Source: Antedon mediterranea | Lineage: Eukaryota; Animalia; Echinodermata | DNA: 64,000 bases | Direction of reading: 5' to 3' | Assembly: GCF_964355755.1 (NCBI RefSeq) | Contig: NC_092679.1 | Location: forward strand, 960,201 to 1,024,200 | In this document: positions 14,082 through 26,400 of the stretch, in pieces | Numbering within the stretch: position 1 is the first letter of the stretch | How the letters are laid out: each line of letters begins with the position of its first letter | The notes under the pieces: model-generated | The model's database searches: none | The model's input: the letters and a program-made list of their open reading frames with translations, nothing else | What the model was told of the DNA's origin: nothing | Program-made: the position numbers and the translations under genes

Positions 14082-14191
14082 AGCTTGGTTCCCATTGGGA
14101 CGCAACGCAAGGACGGGTTGTCACTTTTCATTGGTCAACACGCTTGCGTTGCGTTTACGTCCCTGAGTTGCGTCCTAGTGGGAACCTAGCG
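14082..14191. mobile_element. MITE family B copy
   Basis: AGCTTGGTTCCCATTGGGACGCAAC...GTTGCGTCCTAGTGGGAACCTAGC. Confidence 0.75.
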
Positions 14192-14842
14192 TTCATGGGG
14201 TGACACTTTGCATAGAAGTGGGCTTGTAGTGTTAAAACACATGTGTTTCCCTTGTATTTGTTTTACATAAAAGTGTCCCATTTTATAGGACTGTTCCATC
14301 CCATGAGTAAGGGTGTTTCAAAGGATGGTGTGCTAATATGATAGCAATTGAGGCTGATGTGTCCAGTTGGTGTATCGTTCCAGTAACTTAATGTAATATA
14401 GGCTTAAATTAAGGAATATAATTTAAAATCTATTAATTTTATAATACCCTTATTGTTATATGTCCTAGATGTTCTTAGTGTTGAAATCAATCAAATCCCA
14501 TCACAGTTTGCTACTGTATACAAAGAGATATCTCTCCATGATACATATAAATGCTGGTGTATATAAGAGAGGATTGTTCACAGCACTTTGTGGCTATTTT
14601 GATAAATATCACATACTTAAAAAACAATGTAACAGATAACATTGCAACTAAATACTTGTAGTAAAATGGAGGTCCATACAAAATTAATGCTTTACGTTCT
14701 ATTTAGTATTTTCACTATATTAGTATTTAATCATAGGTTTCTGGTTTATTGTCCCAATAAATTATAATGTGAACTAATAATATAGGAATTACTTACAACT
14801 CTTACATGAGACAATACAAAACTTAAATAAACGAAAATATTA

Positions 14843-15041
14843 TTATTTGACTAATAGTTTATCTAGCAGTTTATAACAAGCTTCTATCGGGATTGTAGAC
14901 GAAATGAGATGGTCAGTTAGCAGACTGTGACAAGTGGACGTGTACTCCATCCAGCCATCACGGTCATTTAACAGACCATTATGAGTGGACTTTTGCCAAC
15001 CGCCATGGTATGGTAAATTACTGTATCTTTCATCTACCGTC
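14843..15041 (-). CDS. Possible additional terminal exon of RhoGEF (TVDERYSNLPYHGGWQ...DKLLVK*)
   Basis: TTTTTAG acceptor, phase 2, compatible with donor AG|GTAGTT at 15776. Confidence 0.5.
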
Positions 15042-15772
15042 CTAAAAACACTTATTTTCTTAAAATAAAATGAGGAATACTTAACAGAGATCAAAACATT
15101 TCTTGTTTTGGTTTTAAAACACACACAAAAAAGACTGTAGGGCATTACTTAATTCTTTACAAAAAATGATATTTGTTTCTACATATATTATAGTACAATT
15201 ATAAAATCTTATATGGTATATTTACAAAAGATACAAAAAGATAAATTTACATTTTTTTTACAGAAAATTTAGATGCTGGTAAAAGATCAAGTTTGCAGGT
15301 AGACAAGGTTTAAAAATGATTAAAACAAATATATTAAAAATATATAGCAAGATGGTTGGTAACAGCAGTAATGTTATCATACAGCAGGGCTGTATTTAAG
15401 TGTGTAATGAAACAAGTTTAAGTGTCTTATTTATATTCTTACATTATTTCCTGTCATGGACATGGTGGCAGGTCAAATGAGAGCCGTTCGGGACAGGGGC
15501 GATAACAGTTATTGTATGTGTACATTTTTTGAGACAGTTATATAAAGCGCGATATAAATGTAAATTCATTATCAATTACTAATACAAACTTTAGTGGAAA
15601 TATGCCAACTACATAATGATAAACCATGGAGCTATAATTATAGCATTATTTGCATTTAAGTAAAAAACACTTAGATTTGTGTAAGTGAGTTTAGCTGGAA
15701 GAAATGTAAAGGTCTTTGTATGATAAACAAAGGTTGTATAAAGCAAACAAAGTTGAAGCAACATGAATTCAA

Positions 15773-17433
15773 CTACCTGCTGACATTTTCTCTCCATTTC
15801 TTTTTGGAGATTTCTGCTTGAACATCAACGGTCTTTGGAACCGGTTTACTGTACGCCCTCTGGAGTAGCTGCTGGCGTTGTTTAACAGAGCGGAACAATA
15901 CACCATCTTCGTCATCAAGGCCACTAGACCTAGAGGACCATCTGCGATGCTTGGATTCAAGTGGTGAACTTAACTTGATACTAGTAACTGAACTGCAAGA
16001 GTTGTGTCTAGTAAGTTTTGTTCTTTTACAGTCAGTCTCATCAAAACTGCTTTCCTCTTCAATTTCAACTGGTACTAATCTCTCCACTTCTGTATTTGTT
16101 TTTGGAATCGGTTTTGTGACACACTTTTCTAACTCTTTCTGTCTTTCTTTCAAAGATTTAAACTTAGGCGGAAGATCTTTTATTTCGTTTCTCTTTTGGT
16201 AAGCTGTGTTTTCTTTGATGCTACGTAATCGATCTTTAATACTTGGACCTCGTTTAAAATTACCAAGTGGTTCATCATCGTCGGCTAAAATGTCAGAATT
16301 GTTTGGAAGACTGAGTCTAGTAACAGCATCTGCAGACTTTGCCTTTCTGATAGCAAACCTTCGTTCCAACTCTCTTCCTTTTCTTTCAGTATCACCACGC
16401 TTCTCTACGTTTGTTTCGTTATCTCTTATTTCTACAAATGGTTGCATGGTTTCCTCCTCAAAACGCATCATTGGCAGCAAGTCTTTAAGTTCATTTTCAG
16501 TTTTAGGTTGCGACGGCAATGTATCCAAAATTAGAATGTTACTCAAAGATGGTCTTGACGTACGTTTCACACGTTGGCTGTAATCTCTTGCCATTTTGAA
16601 AACCTTTGAAGCTCTTACGCTTACTGCTGAAATTGGTTTATTAGTTTGGATACTCACCTCTGTGTTTTTTACACGTGATGTTTCCTCTTTCTTTTTCACA
16701 ACAATATCTCCATGAGAGTTTTGCCAAGATTCCTTCTCTTTTGCTATCTCGTTCTCTTGTTCTGCCACAATGTCTTGAAAGGAATCTAAGATGCTCTCAT
16801 GTGAAGAGAAAGATTGATCCAAACTTGATTCACTGTTTGTCCCTTTTACAGCTTTATTTAACGCAGGTTCTGAATTTATTTTGTTGGAGAGAAAACTTTG
16901 TTCCAAACGACGATTAGACACATTCTCCAAAGTCTGTAACCCACTACTAACCGATCTGGAAAGAGGTTGTTTGGAAATTGCTGGATTGTTTAAGAACGTG
17001 TCGGCACTGAGAGGGCGATGTAATTTCTTTATTCCGCTGATACGACCTCCTCTAATCAATGGTCGTTTGATCCAAACATCTCGACTATCCAGGATTATAT
17101 CTTCTGGTTTCTTGCGCTTGAAATCTTTAATGTTGGAACGTAGTTTAAACGGAGAAGATTTGTCTTTGATTGTTACATCTTCTTCCTCTTCTTCTTGGAT
17201 GACATTTTCTATCGTGTCATGAAGAGTTTCAAGAATATCCAGTTCATCTGGACTCTCTTCACCGGCATCTTCTTTACTTGGTTGTTCAATTGTGTCTGTC
17301 TTTGTTTCTGGACTCTCTTCACCGGCATCTTCTTTACTTGGTTGTTCAATTGTGTCTGTCTTTGTTTCTGGTGCAATGGTTTCTTCTGTTGGTTCTATCT
17401 CTGCAGGTTGTTGGTCATTTTGTTTGTTTGCAT
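15773..17433 (-). CDS. RhoGEF large C-terminal exon (disordered; [14 protein letters not shown] motif)
   Basis: 555-aa ORF in track; TAG acceptor phase 1; motif recalls the KVxQLARQYS motif of PLEKHG1/3. Confidence 0.9.
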
Positions 17434-20400
17434 CTAGCAAAGAATGAAAAACATTTTTTTAGTTCTTCAGTGATAAGATTAAAAAACTAAATAAGAAATA
17501 AAAACTCAACTCAAATTTAATCAGTACTACAAACCAAACTAAACAGTTTCAGAAACTATCTTCTTGATTGAAGTATTTTATTATCTTTATAAATTAAGCT
17601 ATTAATACAGTACTTATTATTAATGTTCAGTTTAAAACTTTTGGCTTTGATAAGTTTAAAAAACTGTCTGTCGCCCTCTATAAAGGTATTCAACTAAAAT
17701 TATTATCTAAATGGACATTCCTCGGTAAAAATTGAAAATTAAGGAAGATGATGATTATGATGTAATAACATCTGATAGATCAACATGCTGAAATTTAAAT
17801 AAAACAGAATAGGACTACAGTAAAATTATTTTCAGATGGTAAAGTTTAGAGAATTCATCCACTGGATTTCTTAATTATAGGACTAAATATTGCTTACCAG
17901 TATTGTCATCTTTTGGTAAAATGAGATTCTCTTCAGGTTGTGCTATATCTGTGGTCTCATCCTACCAATAAAATAAAGCAGGTAAGTAAGTAAGTACTTA
18001 ATAGTTGCTACATACTTTGTACAGTTTGGTAGTGAGAGACAAACTCTTTCTTGAGAAATGAGATTAAAACTTTGAACTCCAGAAATCAAGACAGTGCCCA
18101 CCACAGAGTTTGTCAAATTGTACACAGAATGTAGTTACCTTGTCATTAACTTGACCTGCACTCAATCTGTTAGGTGAGTTTGAGCTCTCACTCTCACTCA
18201 TGGATTCTTCTGTACTACATATACCCTCCTGTCGTACCAGGCTACTTGCTCTTTTACCAGTCATCTAGGAAAAAACAAAATTAAATAAGTTATTTTAAAA
18301 TTAACTTCATTTTCGTGTCACTATTATGAATTATGTTTCCGGGATCCTTGACAGCAAGAAACAAAAGCATTTTGACAAACATACATGGCAAAGGTGACTG
18401 GTTTTAGGACAGTTGACGTATGGAATAATTATAAAAGCAAAATAAAATAAAAACAAATTATAATCAGCAAATCAGTCAACAGAATATACAAACTGTATAC
18501 ATTCTTAATAATAAATATATATTTATATAATTAAAGTATCAAACTGTTTGTATCTAAATTATGTAATATACATCTTAAGCTCTGTCTTCACTATCAAACT
18601 AGTTTGACAAAAAAAGTGTGATGTGTCCAAATATGGTAGTGATATTCCCAAATGTGGTAGAGATATGGCATAATTATGTCCATATAAGTGTGATAGTGTA
18701 GACAGAACTTTACATCATTTCACAGACGCAAAAAACAATACTGCAGAAATAAAATGTACAGCAAGTATCTCTCCAATTAAAAAACTAATTGGTGGAAAGA
18801 ATGAGAATTGCAGCCTTGGTGGTCTCTAATTTTAAACATTAGCATCTATCGACTTTTTTATTGTAATTGTTGTTTACTATATCATATTTTTTTGTGTATA
18901 TTTCTTATGGATGCACCTTCCACTTGGTCTAGTGCCACTGTTGTAAAAGTGTAAACTCCAAATAAATTATTATTATTTATTGTTCAGATTTAGGAAGTTG
19001 TGATAGGGGGACCGAGATGTTGTGATGTCCAGCTGAGTGAATGGTTCCAGCTGTCTCTGATCTTGGCCAGTAAAGTAATTTTTATTTTTTTATAGGTCTT
19101 TCATTGGAGAGATATCTGTCTTTAAATAGCCATATCAATTTCTTAGTGTAATTATACTTCGTAGCAACATACATGCATCAATGCATCTCAAAATCTTACA
19201 TACTATAATCATTCATGAAAGCATAATATAACTTGCTCCTTCATTAGGTGTCTTGATAAAAAGAAACAAAATAAAAACATAGAGGGCAGTATTGAAATAT
19301 AATTACATGCGACGTTATGTGCTAATTTTTATATGTGATTTGTGAGTGCAGTGTGTATGTTATTGTTTAAGAATAATTTCTTAATATGTCTGTTTATATA
19401 AAAAAAAAAAAAAAAACAACTAAAAATAATGTAATAGTACGGTCATTCAAACTTGGAATACAAACAGTTGAATAACACATGCCATATACAATATTGACCG
19501 CTGTTAGTCCATTCAACGTTATAATACACACACACCTTGGTTGCTAATGACAACTACAATTATTACAATCAAAATCCTAACAAGGATTAAAATTAAGAGG
19601 AAGATTTTTAAGTTTCAATCCATTTAATCATTTTCAATTTAGCATGCTTCTGCACTTAGATTGGTCGAATTTCATCAATGATATTAGCTAACAATATTGT
19701 CGGTGAATGCGCTCATGATCATAGTACTATTAAATATGGAAAGCAGGCTTGAATCTCAACAAATCCATCAAGGGTTTGTACATTGGACTTCCCATTCAAC
19801 TTGGATTGTAAATAATTGAGCAGAATTAGCAAATAAGGTGTGTACTTGTTTTACCATCATCTCACCATTTCTATTTAACTTATTTGTATCACTAATAATC
19901 GTAGCCCTGAAAATCAATCATTTTTATGAAACATTTTATAATAAAAGGTATAAATATAATTTAACGCAATCACCTTATACTTTGCATAACATTTATTTTG
20001 CTTAATGTTTACTAGTTCTTGTGTTTACTTTTTAATAGCACTTCCAAATGTTCACATTAAACATGTCACTGACAACATTATCTTAAACTCATGTTAATCC
20101 TACTCGCAATACATTCATAATGTGTAGGCCCACCATGACAAACACACATACAGGGTATTTACAAATAACAATTGAATGTGAAAAAACGAATGTGAAATGT
20201 GTTTAATAATCATGACTAAAGCTCTGTTTACACTATCAAACTAAATGACAAATAAAGTGTGATGTGCCCAAATATGGTAGTGATATGACATGATGTCCAT
20301 ATATGGGCACATCACATGTTGTTCTATAATGTTTGATAGTGTAAACAGAGCTTTAACAATGAAATGAGTGGTCTTTAAACAAAGTAACATAGATGGAGTG

Positions 20401-23400
20401 AGATTACAATTCATCTTTCTGTATATACATGTACGTGTTAGAACTATATTGTACTTTTGCGGTATAAAAACTGTACATCATTTCAAACATTGTATTATTT
20501 TCAAAGACTGGTTTTACTTACCAATTTAGCTACATCAGGCTTCTTCATGCCTGCAAGTGAAAAAGAACAATATTATTATTTCATCTAATAAGAATATATA
20601 TGCAAATGTCAATTTAGATGTAAAATGTTTGATAATTAATATATACACAATGTTTCTATTTTATTATAATTATATTTTATAAGAAAAAATTGATCATATT
20701 TAGAATGTACACATAAATTAAAATGAATTACAAATTAAAGTACTGTAAATGAAATTGACAGGGAAAATGTCTTTTTTTTTTTATAGATTCTCATCATCGT
20801 ATTCTCTGTATTCACATTCTTAAGCTGTGTTCACACTGAGGCCCAATTTCCGGTCCCGTGGTCAGATAAAAACATTGAAAAATAGTATTCACACGAACAC
20901 ATTGCAGATTCCGCACAACACGTATGTGTGTGATTTGAAAAGTAGCTTGGAGCCTCCTCAATCATGATAACTACATAATGTTTACAATAACAAAGCACAT
21001 TAATTAATAAAATGTAACTATGATTATGACATTCATAAGTGGCCAACAAGAATAATAAATATAATAAATAATTAATTTAGAATAGATAAGATAATGAGAT
21101 TGTAAATGTTATTTTATGTTGTAAGTAAATAAGGATATCAACATAAATGTTTATCATGCTAACATATAATAAGGATATTAAATATAATAAATTAAATGAA
21201 TAATATTAATGTACATATTAAACAAAGTATACATCAACTTGTTTATATAATATTTATATTACATTTATGACAGACAAATGTTAATGCATGCTAATTTAAT
21301 ATTTCAATAATTTATATTAGAAAAAAAATCACCTGAAATACAAAGCTTTTAATCATTGCAAACAAAAAATAATTTATGCATGGTTCCCGCTAGAACACAT
21401 TAACGTAATGTAACATAAGGGATTTGACAAATCACAAGCAATCAATTATTTGATGTGTCGCTGGTCATTGGTTAACTCTCTTGCGTGGCATCTACATCCT
21501 TGCGTTGCGTCCTAGTGGGAACCAAGCTTAACATGAATAAACTTACAGACATAACATGGGACTTTACAAGTTAAAAAATAACAATTTAAAAATGAATTTG
21601 AAACTTTTTAGCATTTCCCTTTGTCTCTTCTTTATTCTAATATTACACAGGGTTATCAGCCTGTTGATGCCATGCCACCAAAATACAATGATATAGGAAA
21701 GAGACATACATCAAAATAAGGTTTGCAAGAACCAAGAATACGACACAGAAACCCAACAAGCATGAATTTACGAGCTGATAAAACAATGAAATTGAAAAAA
21801 CTAAGATTAAAAAAAAACAAAAAACCATCAACTCGTAACACTCACCCGGCACTTCAGTCGGTTGCTCTATAGTTTCCGAAGGAGACACTGTGCATGTGCA
21901 GAAGAACAAAGTTAGAAACACATTTAAGTAAACTTTAATAACTTTGCTAACAACTCCTTCTCAAGCCATTTATAGTAGTCTATTCTTTCGTTTTAGCGTT
22001 TATCTTATTTGGAAGGTTCTTTAGTGGTTCTTATATTCTCTGTAGAATAACTTTTTTTGATTTGATTTTGATTTTGATTTTGACAAAACCACTGAGGCAT
22101 GGAATAATATCTTTCTAGTAACATCAACAGCATGGACCTAATTATAGATCCATTAACAAAACCAATGGTTTTATAGATGATTTGCCAAAAGTTACTATTT
22201 AAAAATCATTGGAACAATATTATTTTATATTCTCAACATTTCTGATTTTGGAATAATCTGATTGACGGTATAGCATGATATACAGTCCACATTATAACAA
22301 GACCATTCAAATGGGTATGAGATACTATTATAGTGACATTTTATAAGGTTCATTTAGATATTATAATGACCTATAATATCTTTATAATGACTTATAATAT
22401 CTCTATGGGCACAATACCCGATGATAAACCTGGTATCTATGTTTCCAATTTGTTATGTTAGATATTTTTAGCTTGACATTGTTTGGTACTTATGTTTTCA
22501 AAGAAGAAGGCATACATTGGAGAGGTTAGCAAAGTTTAACAGACAACTAGACTATGACAGATACACAATAACAAGGAAAACAAATCCAACACCCTTTGTA
22601 ATACAAATAAGAACCATTTGTGGAGGCTAAGCAAGCATTTAAGCAAATAATAATGTTTGTCTGAGCTTACAATCTTTTTATATCGTAAATAAAATTGAAT
22701 TTTATATATATTTTTATTTATTTTAAACTTTCATTAAAATGGAACGATGTAGTCAGTCCCTAGCAACCAACTACACTTTTTATGAACTGCACTACTAATG
22801 ATGCATTGTGGGAATATGCAGTGAGTGAAGGAATGAGGTTAAACATGAAGGTCGGAGGTCATTTGAGTAAGTTCACATACTAACAAGAAATAAAGTAATA
22901 AATAAACACAAATGGTACACAATCAGAGGATGTTTATTTCATGATTATGGAAAGACTCATTAAAAATGAATTTAGAGAAAACATGAACATATGGTAATGT
23001 TTCCTTTGATGAAATGAAAGTACAATTTATATGTAAACATCTAGTGTATTTTTTGTAAGTAAAGTTAACATTGATTCTAACATTAGTTTACCTCCTGAGA
23101 CTATTCATTTGTATGGTAGGCATAAGGTGGCCTAAACTGAAAGGTGGTCTAAATTGGAAGGTGGCCTAAATTCAAAGACCAATCAAATACACTTTGTATA
23201 ACTTGTAACTAACCTTTATAATTTGAATAATGATTAGAATTGATTATTTATTCATTTTTGTATTTTGTAACTAATTGTATATTGAATTGAATTGTATTAT
23301 TGAAGGATTGAAAAAAAAAATTAAATTGGAAGGTGGTCTAAATTGGAAGGTGGTCTAAATTGGAAGGTGGTTTCATTTAATTAGGAAATCATCATCTTAC

Positions 23401-26400
23401 TGAACATAAATCAATATGTTTTTGTGAGACCAAACTTGTAAGAATACATTTGAGTATGATGAATGGTTTCTATAAATAGCGTAAAGGAAATAACATATTC
23501 CATAAGTGTCATGAGCATATCATCATGACTACAATTTATTAGGAATTTCAAATCCCCAGTGACAATGAAGAAGTAACCTTTAGCAAATTGTCAAATGGTA
23601 AACAATGAAAGCTACAAGAGTTGTTAATAAAAAATAGAATTGAAGTGAGGTAAGAACATGTAGTGTAGTGTGCTTGTGTGGCTTTTCTAAAGATTAAAAT
23701 ACAAGACTTTATATTCCCAATGGAATAACACAAGTGAATCAAGCATTGTGTTGTTAATGTTAGGTTGGCAATGATGGAAACTGTGTTTGGTAAAAGGTGA
23801 ATCGGTGATGGTTCATAGCGGTGATAGTTCATAGTGGATTGATTATTCACATTGTTTACAACATGCAATGTGATTTAACATAGTATTTATTTACTTTGGC
23901 AGACAAATCCAATTCTAATATTTTTTTTTAATGTACTGAGTAGAAATACTGTATGCATGCAAGACAAGCATAACATTTTTAAATATCTTTCTTGTCTAAG
24001 AACAAAATATTAATCAGCTAATTAGATATATAATTTAACAAATATAAATGTTCAACTATATACTATTATATTCAACTATGTTATAATTCACATGAATATT
24101 AAACCATGCTATATGTAATGGCTATGGGGTAAATGACATGCATGAGTGAGCAATGACATGATTTCTACATGCTTACCTTTGACCTGAATGTTGCCTCGTC
24201 TAAGTTGGCTGGCTGGATCCGAATATCTTCTTCTACGGCGTTGTTTTGATCGATGTTTACGTTTTCGTAATTTCACAGGTTGTTCATCCGTTGAGTGGTA
24301 ATCCCCGTCTTTTGATCCTAATTTAAAATAAGTACAATTATTATTAAGACGATTTAAATAGTTATTAATAATATTATTATTATTGTTTTAATATTTATGA
24401 ATTTGGTAGTATCTACCCTCAATTGATGAAATTTGGAATAGGCCCTCTATGGACTCACCGGAGCCACAGTGCAGTGTATGTACCATGAATGTCAGAGGGG
24501 CTTAAATAGACAAGTACACCTCTATACTTTTGAAAGAAACAATGGGTTCTTTAAAGGTCACACAAAAATGTCAATACTGGAACTCCTTATTCAAGCGGAT
24601 TTGTTCTACCACAAGAACTAGGAGAATGCTGATTTTAGGGTTATGATTTAACCCCGGAACACTTGATTCAACAGAACGTAAATCTGTAAAAACCAATATA
24701 CTGCCCACTATACACCCACAGAACAAACTACTACAAGTTGAGCAGAGTTATCTGCAGTTTGCCGCACTTAAATTCCAACTTAAACAATGCCTTCTTGATC
24801 TTGTGCAGCAGTAGCTATCTTAATACCTTGACTGTTGAGTACAATATCCTTAGCCTTGTTAGGTATCAGTCCGCTAAAATTCTCCAGAATCATTTTCTTT
24901 ATTTGATGTGTCCACTGCTGCTTCTGCTCAAGAGCTTTGGCCTAAACGACAAATATAAATAACATTAAAAACATGTTTTCATTTTTATCAACTAGTGCAT
25001 AAATTTCCTCACAAACTCTACTCTATAACCACAGTTTTCAAACTTTACGAAATAAAAATGTGTTTAGGATTTTGTAAATGAATAGTTACCACAAGTACAT
25101 ATTGCTCATCCCTGTTGTCAAACGGCATAACAATAAACCCAAATGATTCCTTAGCGATATTCTCCATTAGTAACAAATTGGAACACTGAAATAATAAAAA
25201 AATAATGACACTTTGATGGATGAAATAGATGAATCGGTGTCCAGGTATTTATGAAACTCCTAAATGCAATGAAAGCTATCTTTAAAAAAATTCTAGTGTA
25301 GTCTTACCTTAATTTCTGTTTTAATTGCAATGTACCCATCCTCCCGCCGCTTTGCGATAAAGAAAACTTTCTCAAATAAGTAGACGTGACGCTCTCCTCT
25401 AGCTCCTCTGGATCCTTGTAACCTCATTACATCCTAGTAACACAAATATAAATTTAAAAATATTAAATATCAATATCTTTTTAAAACTAAACCATTTTCA
25501 AATCTTCTATTCTCCTTCTGATAAATTCAAAGTAGGACAGGTCTCGTCACCATTCTATTGGTCACTGATTGACCACTTCTATATTTTCTATGAATATTTA
25601 GGAACATGAGCATTAGTTGATCAAACCCAGCACAGTTAATAATCAATCGGTACAATTTAGTTCGCAAAATTTTGATTATACCACTAACATCTACCAAAAT
25701 CTTGCTTATAAATAGACGTAAACATTGTAACTTACTTCAAGTAGTAACTCTCCGTATGATGATAGGTCTCGCTGAAAAAAAAAAAGAACATCAATAATGA
25801 CGACTGATTGTACATAATGATATAGCCATGTTTATTGTCTGTAACCATTAACCAGGCCTGTATTAACCCTAGGGTATGTTTGTAAGAAATTTGTAATAAT
25901 TCCTGTTATACATTAATTTATATGTTGTGAATCAATGATTATGAATAGGGCCTTTAATTTTATGTATACTTAAATTTCAAGAACTTATTCTTTGAAAAAT
26001 TAGGGTGTGCATAAACTTACGGTGTGATCTAGTAATAGAGTTTGAATCTGTTGCACTCGCAGGACCATGTCACTCTGCGCTTTCATGTGATTTATCTGCT
26101 TAGCAACCTCCTTCATCGCATCCAATGCCTCTTCCAATGTATCATAAATATCATCATCACGACTTATGTGTTTACAGATGTCCTGTAAAAAGAACAAATA
26201 ATTAATGCTGGATTGGAAGGAATGCATGACTGATAGGTTAATGTATGAATTGGTCAAGTTGTGCTGCTGAGCGTTTTAGTATAGAGTTGTGTGGCCGAGT
26301 GGTTAAGAGTAGAGTTGTATGGCCGAGCAGTTAAGGGAGGAGTTACGCAACCTGTAGCAACACAATCAGCACAGGTTCAAGGCTCTCCTCGACTGTAGGC

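Noticed and set aside
15951-17490. Plus-strand ORFs overlapping the large RhoGEF exon (similarly 49085-49529)
   Set aside because: Antisense shadows of real coding sequence
21325-21345. Recursive splice site TTTCAG|GTGATT
   Set aside because: Weak regenerated donor in a short intron; expected by chance
21645-21670. Extra microexon after CAACAG
   Set aside because: Weak donor and an immediate in-frame stop in the required phase
26283-26390. tRNA gene
   Set aside because: Duplicated A-box, no acceptor stem or cloverleaf; SINE remnant
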